DNA of 63,751 bases, the filler included, from Octopus bimaculoides (Eukaryota), in assembly GCF_001194135.2 (NCBI RefSeq). It is 5 parts of 5 records of this genome, joined end to end, with 100 filler letters (N's around TTAATTAATTAA, not from the genome) between each part and the next. Parts side by side here need not be neighbours in the genome. Positions count along the whole stretch, not along the records: positions 1 to 4,709 come from NC_068981.1; positions 4,810 to 31,508 come from NC_069006.1; 3 more parts are not named here. One strand, given 5' to 3'. This document shows, piece by piece, positions 1 to 11,833 of the stretch (the stretch's first letter is position 1; every line of letters starts with the position of its first letter). The notes below the pieces were generated by a model. It did not search any database, was not told where the DNA came from, and was given only the letters and a program-made list of their open reading frames with translations. The position numbers and the translations under genes are program-made.

Positions 1-51
<51 letters not shown>

Positions 52-107
52 TGAATACACGCGCGTACTCACACACATCCACACACACACGTACGTACAA
101 GTGGAAA

Positions 108-325
108 GTGGTGACTGGCAAAATCGCTAGTGTCAAAAAAATGTCACGAAATATTTATTCCAGCTTTTTATGTTCTGAATTCAAATCCCGCCGATGCTAA
201 CTTTATTTTTCATTTTTACGGGTTCGATGAAATAAAGTAGCAGTCAAGATTTGGGAACGATATAATCGATTAACCCTTACCTATAAAATTGATCTCCTTG
301 GGCTTATGTTAGAAACAATTCAACT
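108..325 (+). mobile_element. Degenerate tRNA-derived SINE (family B)
   Basis: Head GGTGACTGGCAAAATCG, B-box-like GAATTCAAATCC, and core resembling CTTTCATCCTTTCGGGGTCGATAAAATAAGTACC shared with copies at 1558, 26519 and 58395. Confidence 0.6.
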
Positions 326-510
326 ACCTTTAATACCCGTTTATTTAATTAATATCAGTCATTACTTTAACACTCAAGATTAACCCTTTATCTGTCAAAG
401 CATTTTCATAAGTTTGTCCTAAACTTTTAGTTAGATTTTGTTACGCTCCAAGTAACATAAAACTTTCCTTTCGTTAGTCCCAAGTTACTCTATTGGTTGA
501 AGAAAAAGAT

Positions 511-1192
511 GGAACTTTCAAGTTTCGCTCACAGATTTTTTAATTATTTTTTTAAAATTAAATAGTTTGAAACTTCGTATATTGGTGTAATTTCTCACGC
601 TGAACGCGGTTTACTTTCAACATTTTTGACAAAATTTCGTATTGTAGAAGTTATTTCGTGTTAAAGTTGTCGTATTTGGGTAATTTTAACCAATCAACGA
701 CGTGTATTCAGCTGAAGAAAACCACTGCTGTTTGCGATAGTAATCGAAGAGCAACAACTTCCGGGTCATCTCTACTAAATGACACCACTCTGTTCTATTT
801 TATTTTTGTTTACATTACTCATAAAAAGAAGCAATCGAAAAGCAAAAAAAAAAAAAATGTGTATTATGCAGCACAGGCAGTAAACAAAAATAAAATAGAA
901 CAGAGTGGTGACATTTAGCAGAGATGATCCAGAAGTTCTTCCTCTTCGATTACTATCGTAAACAGCAGTAGCTTTCTTCAGCTGAATAGACGTCGTTGAT
1001 TGGTTAAAATTACCAAAATACAACTTAATCACTAAATAACGTCTAAAATACGAAATTTTGTCAAAAATGTTGAAAGTAAACTCTGTTCAACGTGAGAAAT
1101 TATACGAAATTTCAAACAGTATACGAAGTTTCAAACTGTTTAGTTAAAAAAAAAGATGATTAAAAAATCTGTGAGCGAAACTGAAGAGATCC
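511..1192. mobile_element. Foldback/MITE-like element with ~300-bp inverted arms
   Basis: 511-813 is the reverse complement of 880-1192, with a 66-bp spacer. The ORF track shows mirror peptides on opposite strands (658+ and 775-). Flanks AAAAAGAT / AGAAAGAT match 7/8 and may be a TSD. Confidence 0.8.
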
Positions 1193-1557
1193 AGAAAGAT
1201 TGGGAATGTGTATCATATATGACGAATGGATACCAAGGACATCATGTAATGTGTTAAGAACCATATATATTTACTTCATACCTTTACATTAAAATAGAAT
1301 CTTACGTTCTTTAATTTAATCACTCAAATCTCTCTTCTCTCAGTCACTTTAACGCATGACTCTCATTGACTCATCTAATAAGGTTTAATTTATTGAATTG
1401 AATTCAGTTTAATAAGATATAATCTATTCACTTATCCCTGACACAAACTTTTCTTAAGCACTCTTAGTCTCGTACCTATCAAGTACCTACGAACATTGGA
1501 GATACGCAGGGGTTGGTGTTCCCTTACTTTTAAGCTCACGGAGTGGGGTTAGGGTTA

Positions 1558-1900
1558 AGGCAGTGAGCTAGCAGAACCATTAGCAAACTGGACAAATGCT
1601 TTCTGGTGTTTCTTCTGGTTTTATGCTCTGAGTTCAAATGCTACCGAGGTCGGCTTTGCCTTTCACCCTTTGGGAATCGATAAAATAAATACCAGCTGAG
1701 CACTGAGGTCCATGTTATTGACATACTACACCCCTCGAAATACCTGGTCTTGTACTAATATTTGAAACCATTATTATTCACACTGGTTCTGAGTTCAATT
1801 TCCACCGAGTTAACTTTACCTTTCATCTTTTCGGGCTCAATAAACCAGCATCCCTTCCCATAAAATTTAAGGCCTATCGGGATTTGGTGTCTCTCTGTTT
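1558..1900 (+). mobile_element. SINE family B, one copy plus a partial second core
   Basis: GTGAGCTAGCAGAACCATTAGCA head, GAGTTCAAATGC B-box-like motif, GCCTTTCACCCTTTGGGAATCGATAAAATAAATACCAG core; the core recurs from ~1787. Confidence 0.7.
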
Positions 1901-2157
1901 CCTAATATCCATTTCCATCATTGTACCTATTTACTACGTCAAAAACTTAAATAAAAGTTTTTCTCTATCTTCTTATAATATCTTCTCCAATCTCTATTTT
2001 CTCTCTTATAATAATTTGCTTCGTTTTTATTTTTTAAGTTCCACTTTCAAACTCTTGCTTTTTGCTTCGAATCCCTTCTTCCACAACATCATGCCTCGCC
2101 CTTCTCTTTACCCTCAAACTAACCACCATAACACCCTTGCATTTATATTCTCTCTTT

Positions 2158-2520
2158 ACTCTTTTACTTGTTTCAGTCATTTGACTGCGGCCATGCTGGA
2201 ACACCACCTTTAGTCGAGCAAATCGACCCCAGGACTTATTCTTTGTAAGCCTAGTACTTATTCTATCGGACTATTTTGCCGAACCGCTAAGTTACGGGGA
2301 CGTAAACGCACCAGCATCGGTTGTCAAGCGATGTTGGGGGGACAAACATATACACACGCATACATATATATACGACAGGCTTTTTTCTGTTTCCGTCTAC
2401 CAAATCCACTCACAAGGCTTTGGTCGGCCCGAGGCTATAGTAGAAGACATTTGCCCAAGGTGCTACGCAGTGGGACTGAACCCGGAACCATGTGGTTGGT
2501 AAGCAAGCTGCTTACTACAC
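2158..2520 (-). mobile_element. tRNA-derived SINE (family A), near full length
   Basis: Reverse complement of the 58651-59086 copy: 3' end CAGTCAAATGACTGAAACAAGTAAAAGA, internal microsatellite, B-box GGTTCAGTCCC. Confidence 0.85.
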
Positions 2521-2544
2521 CTTCCTTCCCTCATTAATTTATAG

Positions 2545-2717
2545 CCCGCCCGAGACCACCTCTGGTTTTATAATACAAACTTCCTGTTTCAAGAGATCTA
2601 AATTTGGTAGCAGCAGCTAAACAATGACAAAGTTATTTTACTAAATTCTTCATTATTTTCAAAATTTATTGAAACAAAGGCAGTGTGTTTAAATAGAAAT
2701 ACGGTAGCGAAAAGGTT
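2545..2717. mobile_element. Partial TTAA-type MITE
   Basis: Shares TTTTACTAAATTCTTCATTATTTTCAAAATT and a GGTAGCGAAAAGGTTA end with the element at 26739-26973. Confidence 0.5.
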
Positions 2718-3137
2718 ATGTCCCTTATATTTATCACTGAAATACTTTCATTACTGAAACAATTACTTTTTAATTTAATTATGATACAACTTCTCGATAT
2801 TAACGGAAATCTTAAGCTTTTTGAAGTCTTGAAGAACCAACAATTCACGAAGAACATTTTAACTGTAAACAATTTTCTCGATATAAGAATTGTCTAAATT
2901 CGTAAAATGTTTAATTTAGCGTAACTTACTTGCCACGGTTGATGTCATGCTGACGAATCTAAACAATGATGAAATGGCGCTATACGTGGCCACAATGACT
3001 GGAAATTTTAAGATCTTTATATGTAGGAAAAAGGACAAAAAAAAGTTATGGCATATTTTGTACACCTTCTTTAGCTTTTTCTTTTAAATTTCAAACTTTC
3101 AAACCTGCCTCAACACTTCTCATTTTACTTATACACT

Positions 3138-3179
<42 letters not shown>

Positions 3180-3197
3180 CACACGCGTGCACACACG

Positions 3198-3275
<78 letters not shown>

Positions 3276-3367
3276 CATGCATACATACATACATACATGC
3301 ATACATACATACATGCATACATACATATATGTATATACACATACATACATACATACATATATACGCT

Positions 3368-3908
3368 ATGCGTGAGAAGATCCGGCAAGCCAAGTGAGAC
3401 CTAAATCCAAGGCCTCTGCCAGGGGTGTAGCCAGCCCACTTATGCGTACCTTTCCTTCTTTGGACACTAAACTCCGCTTGTGAAGACCTGTTGAGGCAAG
3501 TGAAATCGAAACCAAACTAAATTCGACGACTGGCACCCATGCCAACGTCGTCTCCTTCATTGGACNNNNNNNNNNNNNNNNNNNNNNNNNNNNNNNNNNN
3601 NNNNNNNNNNNNNNNNNNNNNNNNNNNNNNNNNNNNNNNNNNNNNNNNNNNNNNNNNNNNNNNNNNNNNNNNNNNNNNNNNNNNNNNNNNNNNNNNNNNN
3701 NNNNNNNNNNNNNNNNNNNNNNNNNNNNNNNNNNNNNNNNNNNNNNNNNNNNNNNNNNNNNNNNNNNNNNNNNNNNNNNNNNNNNNNNNNGAAACTCTGC
3801 CAAATTAGATTGGAGCCTGGTGTAGCCATCTGGTTTCACCAGTCCTCAGTCAAATCGTCCAACCCATGCTAGCATGGAAAGCGGAGTTAAACGATGATGA
3901 TGATGATG
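3368..3908 (+). mobile_element. RTE-type LINE 3' end/tail module with (GAT)n tail, spanning a gap
   Basis: Starts GCGTGAGAAGATCCGGCAAGCCAAGTGAG, similar to the ORF end at ~30765-30795. Ends AACCCATGCTAGCATGGAAAGCGGAGTTAAACGATGATGATG. Confidence 0.75.
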
Positions 3909-4633
3909 AATATGATACATGCATACACACACACACACACACACACCTATATATATTTATATAGGATAAGGCTGCTATTGGTTTCATGTTAAGGAAAGTC
4001 CTTCATGGGACATCGATGTTCGTCTCCGTTTTGGATTAAAACTCGAAAACTCACCTAAGATCACGATAAAATAATTTTTACGTATCCATTATTGTGGCTT
4101 ACCAGCAAATGGTTTTCACACTATTTGTAATACAGTCATAGACTGGCGATTCAGTTCGCCTCCAATTCATCTCAGGTAGGTACGCCACAAAAATGGTGAA
4201 ACATTGATGTCCATCGCTCCTGAATGGGAATTAGGGTGAGCCATCTCACCTGTCTGTGACGATGAGGTGTTATCACACCTGACATTGTGATGGAGTCATC
4301 CCCACCGCGCTAACCATAGCCTAACGGCGAAAAATGGATCGCATACACTGAGTATGTGTGGTCAATAATGTTTACAACACTAGCGCTGCTTCTAATTCAT
4401 ATTTGGATATATATATATAATACAAATAATAAATGAGTATATGCATATATACGTACATGTATGTACATACCTACATCTACATGTATATATAGGTGCATAT
4501 CTGGGTACAGGACGTTGCAAAAAAACGTGGACAAAATGATAAACAGAGTACAGAAAACACACAGGCTACATAGAGAATATTTCCTTCATCAGCTGCCACC
4601 ATTCCAAAACTAAGCGTTTCGAAGAGTTAGGGC

Positions 4634-4666
<33 letters not shown>

Positions 4667-4809
4667 TGTATGCATGTACGTATGTATATATATATATGTA
4701 TGTATGTATNNNNNNNNNNNNNNNNNNNNNNNNNNNNNNNNNNNNNNNNNNNNTTAATTAATTAANNNNNNNNNNNNNNNNNNNNNNNNNNNNNNNNNNN
4801 NNNNNNNNN

Positions 4810-4847
<38 letters not shown>

Positions 4848-5585
4848 GAGTGTTACGTACATACATATATACATACACACATATATATACACACATATAC
4901 ATACATATATAAATATAAATATATACATATACATATATATACATATGTATACATATACATATATATCTATATATAGATATATGTATACACACACACATAT
5001 AAGTATCTATGTATCTCTCTCTGTCTTTCTCTTTCTCCACACACACGCGCGCGCACAAAACAGGAAGTTGGAAAATTTACTATTATTTAGTTACCATTAC
5101 ATATGTTTCATTTGCTAATAGGGGTTATAAAGTTTTACATGTTAGATGGACATGTCAGAGATTTCTTATTAGAAATTCTTCAGACAAAGAACTCAATAAT
5201 ACATAATCTATATAATACAACGACAGCAACTACATACTAAGTTGTAATAATGGAATAAGCACTTGTGTTTCAAGAGGAGACAGGTGTATACATTATATAC
5301 GAACCATGTATATAATGTATGTAAGGTTCAAACCTTACATACATTATCTACATGGTTTGATAAAAGTCACCTGACAGTAAATCAAAACCATTTAATTCCA
5401 AGATTTATTTATGTTTAACAACTGAATGAATTTAATAAAAGCATCTAAATATGAAACATCATGAAAATTGTTCAAATTGAAGCCCTTCTTGAGCGAAACA
5501 TATTCCCATTCGAGTCAATACAGAATTACAGATAGTATTTATGGAATTTTGATTTACTGTCGGGTGACTTTTGGCCAACCCTGTA

Positions 5586-5806
5586 TACATACAGTGCTGA
5601 AAAGTTCCTGGCTTTGGGTGAAAGAAAATAGAGGAGGATCAGTTAATTATGATTTTATCCAACATATTCGCCTCTCCGATTCACACACTTATTGCAGCGG
5701 TCCTTCCGTTTTTTTCTAAGCCCTGTAAAAGATGTTTGGGCCTCCAGCCAGGCCTTTCGCGACACCCTCAAACTAGGAGCTTTTCACACTCCCCCCCCCC
5801 CCCGTA
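5586..5806 (-). mobile_element. Mariner-derived MITE (~220 bp)
   Basis: TIR GTGCTGAAAAGTTCCTGGCTTT. Reverse complement of the copies at 11834 and 52888. Confidence 0.75.
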
Positions 5807-5829
5807 CACACACATGCACAAAGAAAGAG

Positions 5830-6110
5830 GCGTGGTTGTATGGTAAGAAGTTGACTGTGACATCCTGTGCAAGTGTCTTTTACTTGTGTCTTGGGCAGAC
5901 CAAAGCCTTATGAGTGGATTTGGTTGAAAGAAACTGAAAGCGACTCTATTGTGCGTGTGTGTGTGTGTGTGTGTGTATTTGTTCCCCCATAACTTTGACA
6001 ACCGGTGCTGGTTTGTTCATGTCCTCATAAGCGAGCGATTCAGTAAAAGAGACCAGTAAAATAAGTAAACAGGCTTGGGGGGGGGGGAATAAGTACTGGG
6101 GCGATTTATT
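5830..6110 (+). mobile_element. Degenerate SINE family A
   Basis: GCAGACCAAAGCCTTATGAGTGGATTTGGTTGAAAGAAACTG core plus the TTGACAACCGGTGCTGG second half. Confidence 0.65.
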
Positions 6111-6355
6111 CATCTCAGCCCATCAANNNNNNNNNNNNNNNNNNNNNNNNNNNNNNNNNNNNNNNNNNNNNNNNNNNNNNNNNNNNNNNNNNNNNNCAGA
6201 AATATTGTGTTATATACATTTATTTTGCTGTAGGCTTACACCTATTTCAGATAGGCATTTGAATGTGTTCGTGCTTCAATCGTATCAATCAATCGATTTG
6301 TAAATACAGGGTAACACCAATCCGAAATTAGACACACACACACACACACACACAC

Positions 6356-6409
<54 letters not shown>

Positions 6410-7224
6410 CCACCTACACTCGTATATTGAGTTACTTTTGTATTTCTCCACCAAACTTGTATAATGTATCTATACGCATGCAAATCTATGTATCAATAAA
6501 TTATTTTACAAGATGTTAATCATGCTTCTCAGCTGTTATTTTCATTGACAAGACTCTCACATGCATTTCTACGGCTACAGTCACCACTATCGTAGACAAC
6601 GGTGACTACCTCTGCTGCTACAGTGACCACCACCACCACCACCACCACTGCTGTTCTTGTCATCACCGTCAACAGCACTACGGCTACAATCACCCACCAA
6701 TTGCTGCTCCCACAAATACGACCAGCTGTATTCCCCAACCACTACGGATATAGTCACTAACGCTGCTGTTACTGTAAACATTACCACCACCACCACCACT
6801 GCTGCTGCAATTCTCCTCACCACTATTGTTGTTACCACCACCACCACCACTCCGGTTAGAGTCACAATCTTCGCTGCTGTAATTATTATTGAAGCTACCG
6901 CTACAATCACGATCACTGACACTAGCGCCACCCAAATTTTATGTCATTTCCTTCACTACACTCTCTGCTGATTCTACTCCTCTTTAAAGGCTACGAAGGG
7001 CAAGTAACTCTATTCCACCCTCGTGTTATCATGACGCTTGTACGTCGGTCGTCTTGTCATTGATTTCTCACTTGACTGCTTTCTTCATCCCCTGCATTCC
7101 TGCTGAAAGCTCGACATCGCAGCAACAGTTCCTATATTCTCGTTCCTTTCATTTCTCTCTTGCCAACAACACAAGGCAAAAAGGAAGAAAAAAAAAATAA
7201 CAAACTTATCTTTTGGAACGGAAG

Positions 7225-9081
7225 ATGAAGATGAGACGTCGGTTATGGTTGCGCTTGGCTATTTTGATTGTGACGTCTCTGTTTGCCATTCCTTTATTAC
7301 TCTACCATTTGGATGATGGACAGCATAGACTTAAAATTTATTCCAGAGATTCGCCGCGTAGAAATAAAAGGGTCGATACAGATTACGATGAGCGAGATCG
7401 ACCGGAAAATGCCATGAGAAATCCACCTTTGGGCATTGTTGATGAAGGAGGGAATATCAACAACAGTACGTACTCAGTAGCGAAACACAAGGCAAAGACA
7501 GTTTTGAAACAAGGAGTGCTTGGTAACTACGAGCCTGAGGAAGTAAAACATTCTTCCCTTCCTGGCGAAAATGGCGAACCAGTTTACACAAGCATGAGTG
7601 AAAAAGCTCAAGCTGATTCTTCTATCCACGAGTATGGTTTTAACTTGGTGGCCAGCGATAAGATTTCTTTGGAACGGACGATTCCGGACACCCGTGTGGA
7701 GGAGTGCAAATACTGGCACTATTCTCGCAAACTCCCCACTGCTAGCGTCGTCATTGTTTTCCACAACGAAGGCTGGTCTACGTTGATGCGAACCGTACAC
7801 AGTGTTATCAACACGTCCCCAGCACACCTGCTGAAAGAAGTTGTCATGGTTGACGATATGAGCGACAAACCACACCTGAAAAATAAACTTGAGGAATATA
7901 TCAAGCAGTTCAACAATAAAGTCAAGCTTTACCGAAACGATAAACGCGAAGGCCTTATTCGAACCCGTACACTCGGTGCTCAGTATGCAGTGGGCGATGT
8001 TATTGTGTTTCTTGATGCCCACTGTGAGTGTAACAGGAACTGGTTGGTTCCGTTGCTGGCCAGGATTGCTTACGATCGTAAAATAATGGCAGTACCCATT
8101 GTTGAAAGTATTGACTGGGATAACTTCAGATACCACCCTGTTTATACTACTAACCATCATCGGGGTATATTTGAATGGGGATTCTTGTATAAAGAAAGCA
8201 AAGTTCCACAGAAGGAATTGGACAAACGCAGTCACAACAGCGAACCATATTGGTCTCCCACACACGCAGGGGGACTTTTTGCCATTGACAGAAAATATTT
8301 TTTTGAATTGGGAGGATATGATCCTGGTCTTCAGATTTGGGGTGGAGAAAACTTTGAGTTGTCTTTCAAAATATGGATGTGTGGGGGTAGCATTGAATGG
8401 GTCCCTTGTTCCCGTGTCGGACACGTATACAGAAATTATATGCCATATGGATTTGGGAAAATTACCAGCAAAATACCCATCGTCCTCCTCAATTATATGC
8501 GTGTAGTGGAAGTGTGGCTAGATGAAGATTTCAAACAATATTTCTACCGACGTGAACCATCAGTTGAAGGTTACCCAGTTACTAATATTAGCGACCAGTT
8601 AACGTTTAAAAAAGAACACAAATGCAAAAGCTTCAGTTGGTTTATGGATAACATTGCCTATGAAGTCTACGATAAATTCCCACCGCCACCGGGAAACAAG
8701 GCTTGGGGTGAAATTCAATTGAAGTCTGGGAGTAGCTTGTGCTGGGATACCTACGGGCAACCACCTGGAGGCAGCCCTATTGGAGTAAGTGGCTGTCATC
8801 ACTTTGGTGGTAACCAGTTGTTTAGACTTAATGTACAGGGCCAAATGGCCATGGGGGAGCGATGCATCGACTCTGGGAATGGTGATACACTACATGTCCA
8901 GTTCTGCGACATCCAACCGAACGGACCGTGGAGCTGGGATGAAAAAACTGGACTAATTTTGAACAAGAATCGCAACCGTTGTGTGGAGTCTGGGCACGAC
9001 AGCCGGCTTCACCTCAAAGCCTGTAATGAACAGGTTGCCAATCAGCAATGGATTATAAAAAAGATTTGGTCGTGGAAATAA
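7225..9081 (+). CDS. GALNT7: Polypeptide N-acetylgalactosaminyltransferase, GALNT7/pgant7-like (GT27), coding region in a single exon
   Basis: Open frame of 618 codons from ATG 7225 (the ORF track starts at an upstream TTG, 7213) to TAA 9079-9081. Type II membrane layout: basic MKMRRR followed by hydrophobic LWLRLAILIVTSLFAIPLLLY. GT-A motifs: LPTASVVIVFHNEGWSTLMRTVHSV, DxH (FLDAHCEC), SPTHAGGLFAI, WGGENFELSFKIWMCGG, PCSRVGHVYR. C-terminal ricin-B lectin (CWD/CID/CVE, NQQW). The THAGGLFAI variant matches my recollection of invertebrate T7 orthologues, so the subfamily call is less certain than the family call. Confidence 0.93.
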   Translation: MKMRRRLWLRLAILIVTSLFAIPLLLYHLDDGQHRLKIYSRDSPRRNKRVDTDYDERDRPENAMRNPPLGIVDEGGNINNSTYSVAKHKAKTVLKQGVLGNYEPEEVKHSSLPGENGEPVYTSMSEKAQADSSIHEYGFNLVASDKISLERTIPDTRVEECKYWHYSRKLPTASVVIVFHNEGWSTLMRTVHSVINTSPAHLLKEVVMVDDMSDKPHLKNKLEEYIKQFNNKVKLYRNDKREGLIRTRTLGAQYAVGDVIVFLDAHCECNRNWLVPLLARIAYDRKIMAVPIVESIDWDNFRYHPVYTTNHHRGIFEWGFLYKESKVPQKELDKRSHNSEPYWSPTHAGGLFAIDRKYFFELGGYDPGLQIWGGENFELSFKIWMCGGSIEWVPCSRVGHVYRNYMPYGFGKITSKIPIVLLNYMRVVEVWLDEDFKQYFYRREPSVEGYPVTNISDQLTFKKEHKCKSFSWFMDNIAYEVYDKFPPPPGNKAWGEIQLKSGSSLCWDTYGQPPGGSPIGVSGCHHFGGNQLFRLNVQGQMAMGERCIDSGNGDTLHVQFCDIQPNGPWSWDEKTGLILNKNRNRCVESGHDSRLHLKACNEQVANQQWIIKKIWSWK

Positions 9082-9671
9082 TTTTTTTTTTTTAAACTAG
9101 AACCCTCATATTTGATCATATCATTCATATTACAACCACCAAACCTCTCTGGGTCATACATATATATGTTCGGAATGAAACAAATTTACAGAGGGCAGTC
9201 TTTAGACAGTCCTCAGCCACTTTCGTATCCTATGGTATGTTAAACAATTATTATTTACGAATCATTTGTTATTTCTTTTTTATTTTTGTCGATTCATCTC
9301 CCAATGTACACATAGGAATAATTTTACACACACACAAAACAAAATAGACAGAAAAAAAGTAATGAATCTGGCTTAAAGCCAAGAGAAATAATACAACTTC
9401 ATCTTTGAAGAATTGTGAGTAATTAAGTAAAATATCAAAACACAAAAATGTCGACCTCAACTTAGGCGCCAGACAAATCAAATCCTTGGATTCGATCCTT
9501 CGACCTAGTGGTCACGAAGTAAACTTTTTTTCTCCATATTTCTTTGTTATTTATTACAGCTGGATCAGTTTTCCTTCCCCTTCTTTCTCACGTCATTCCA
9601 TGACCTCCCCATACAATAATATACACCCCTTCAACACGTATACAAACACAGTGTGTATACATTGCAAAATT

Positions 9672-9703
<32 letters not shown>

Positions 9704-10549
9704 TGCTGTTTCCAATGTTTATTTTTCGTTTTAAACACCTGGTCTTTTTTCTTTCTAATCACATTGTCTCTACTCTGCTACTCCTACAATTACTTCTTTT
9801 AGTCCGGCAACGAAAATAACTAAGCATTTTATGTTAGATATATGTATGTTTGTGTTTTGGTATTTTAAAAATTTCTCAAAAAATNNNNNNNNNNNNNNNN
9901 NNNNNNNNNNNNNNNNNNNNNNNNNNNNNNNNNNNNNNNNNNNNNNNNNNNNNNNNNNNNNNNNNNNNNNNNNNNNNNNNNNNNNNNNNNNNNNNNNNNN
10001 NNNNNNNNNNNNNNNNNNNNNNNNNNNNNNNNNNNNNNNNNNNNNNNNNNNNNNNNNNNNNNNNNNNNNNNNNNNNNNNNNNNNNNNNNNNNNNNNNNNN
10101 NNNNNNNNNNNNNNNNNNNNNNNNNNNNNNNNNNNNNNNNNNNNNNNNGATCCACAGGGTAAACCTAACCCTGACCCTAACCCTAACACTAGTTTTGTGA
10201 GATTTGGCTGTTATTTCTAGCATGTAAATAGCCTGCTTGGTGGGGGAGGGGATTGAAATTTTTCAAACAATTTTTTTTCAGAATCGGAATCTCCATAGCC
10301 TAAAACGTGGGATTCCGTAAAAAAAAAATTAAAAAATAAGGTGGGGGAAAGGTTCAGATTACATATAGTCCGTCTCTACCTTTTTATATTGGTTTGCATG
10401 TATGTATGTCCTTGACTGATTAGATTTCTTTGTTTAGACTTCGGTATGGTTCTACCAATATTTCATACCTGTATTTACTTAATTACCCTTCGAATACCCT
10501 ACAATAATTACAGATATGCATCTAGAGTTATGAGCCTGGGTGTAGTATT

Positions 10550-10648
10550 GGCGGAGGTAAAGAATACGCACACCACCCGCTTTCGGCGTAACCCTGATCC
10601 CTATTCCTAACCCTAAACACCCGGGTGTGCGTATTCTTTACCTTCGCC
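10550..10648. mobile_element. 99-bp MITE with 25-bp TIRs and a TAACCC-like core
   Basis: GGCGGAGGTAAAGAATACGCACACC ... GGTGTGCGTATTCTTTACCTTCGCC (24/25 complementary). Internal TAACCCTGATCCCTATTCCTAACCCTAA. Confidence 0.75.
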
Positions 10649-10989
10649 GTTGTATTTACAGTTAATGCATTATATCTGACATAGGCTGGCCGGATCATCA
10701 TGATCCGATTCATTTGTTATTGGGAACTTCTAGGCCCATACACTGGTGATCATACGTGTCATTCGGTTTGGTTTCAATGGCTGGATACTCTTCCTACCAC
10801 CAACCAGTTTAATTTGTGTACAAGTTGACATTTCCTCATTGTTTGAATAGTTCCCAGTGAGACACAACTTGAGCGGCCTCACAGCTCTGCTTCGTTGCTG
10901 ACCACTTTACCCATTGTTCTAAATTTAGTTTTCTGTGACACCTGTAGAATACAGGTGGTTGTCTAAATCTCTAATCACTTGCCCAATAT

Positions 10990-11228
10990 CAGTGGTTCCC
11001 AATCATTTTTTACCTATGAACCCCTTTGACTCCAGTTTTACTCAGACGAACCCTTACAGCCATTTGATGTTTAAAAACCCTATTAAACTTTTTACAGTTA
11101 AATATTATTGGGAAATGCATAAGAAAATGTTTAAGTATTTTGTGAGAGTAGAAGTATAGCTAATTTCTTGCATAATTTGTTTTTTTTTTACAACAAAATC
11201 TTATATGGACTCCAGTTGAGAACCATTG
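10990..11228. mobile_element. hAT/Charlie-like MITE
   Basis: TIRs CAGTGGTTCCCAA / TTGAGAACCATTG (11/13). TSD not preserved. A related partial copy lies at ~24433-24510. Confidence 0.6.
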
Positions 11229-11833
11229 CTGTAAAGGGATGCGAGGTGCTGTGTAGGCTTTCTATTGTGGCACCAGCACAGGTGGTAGAGTGCCTTGTAC
11301 ATGGTAAATGTAGGGCTGTCACAGGTACACTGCACCTGCGAGACTTTCTTAATGGCACACCAATGGAAAATTACCTTGGTTTCTTTTAGTAGTGTAGCCT
11401 ACTTTGATGATCCATTTCTCGTTCGACCTGCTTCTAGAGAAAGGTTTTCCATGTTTGGGTGTGGAGAGTATTTAGTAGCCTATGAAGTATACGGAAAAGG
11501 ATGATACTGTAAGTGGAGAAAGTACGCAGTGACCCAGGATGGTAGACTTGCTTAGCTGGCTAAAGCAGGGTGGATAGGAGAGAGAGAGAACAGTGACATG
11601 AGAAAGACCTGAATGTATGGCTAAAAGGAGAAAGAGTATGATGGAACGACCGGGGTTATGTAAGAAGGTGAGTGAATAGTGATAAGATAAAGGCAAGAAC
11701 AGCTTATTAGCGGCAACAGAGGCTGCACAGAGGAGCAGGACAACAGATATAGCAGTGAGCCAATGCAGTCTTTCACACATGATGACTGCCACAGCCTCAT
11801 TGCTCTGACTCTCTTGTCATTTATTGTAATACA

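Noticed and set aside
3990-4400. CpG-richer unique block with donor CAG|GTAGGT at 4175 as a possible GALNT7 5' exon
   Set aside because: It has no recognisable coding signal or clear acceptor partner, so it cannot be supported without transcripts.
4754-4765. TTAATTAATTAA islands inside N gaps (also ~31553, ~45517, ~61068)
   Set aside because: An identical 12-mer with stops in all six frames, embedded in Ns, is an artificial scaffolding linker rather than biology.
6587-6971. Thr-rich mucin-like ORF just upstream of an O-glycosyltransferase
   Set aside because: It is a degenerate (ACC/CAC/GCT)n simple repeat open in several frames on both strands, without an ATG start.
7474-8424. 316-aa antisense ORF
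   Set aside because: It lies entirely opposite the GALNT7 frame, has no recognisable motifs, and is best explained as a shadow ORF.
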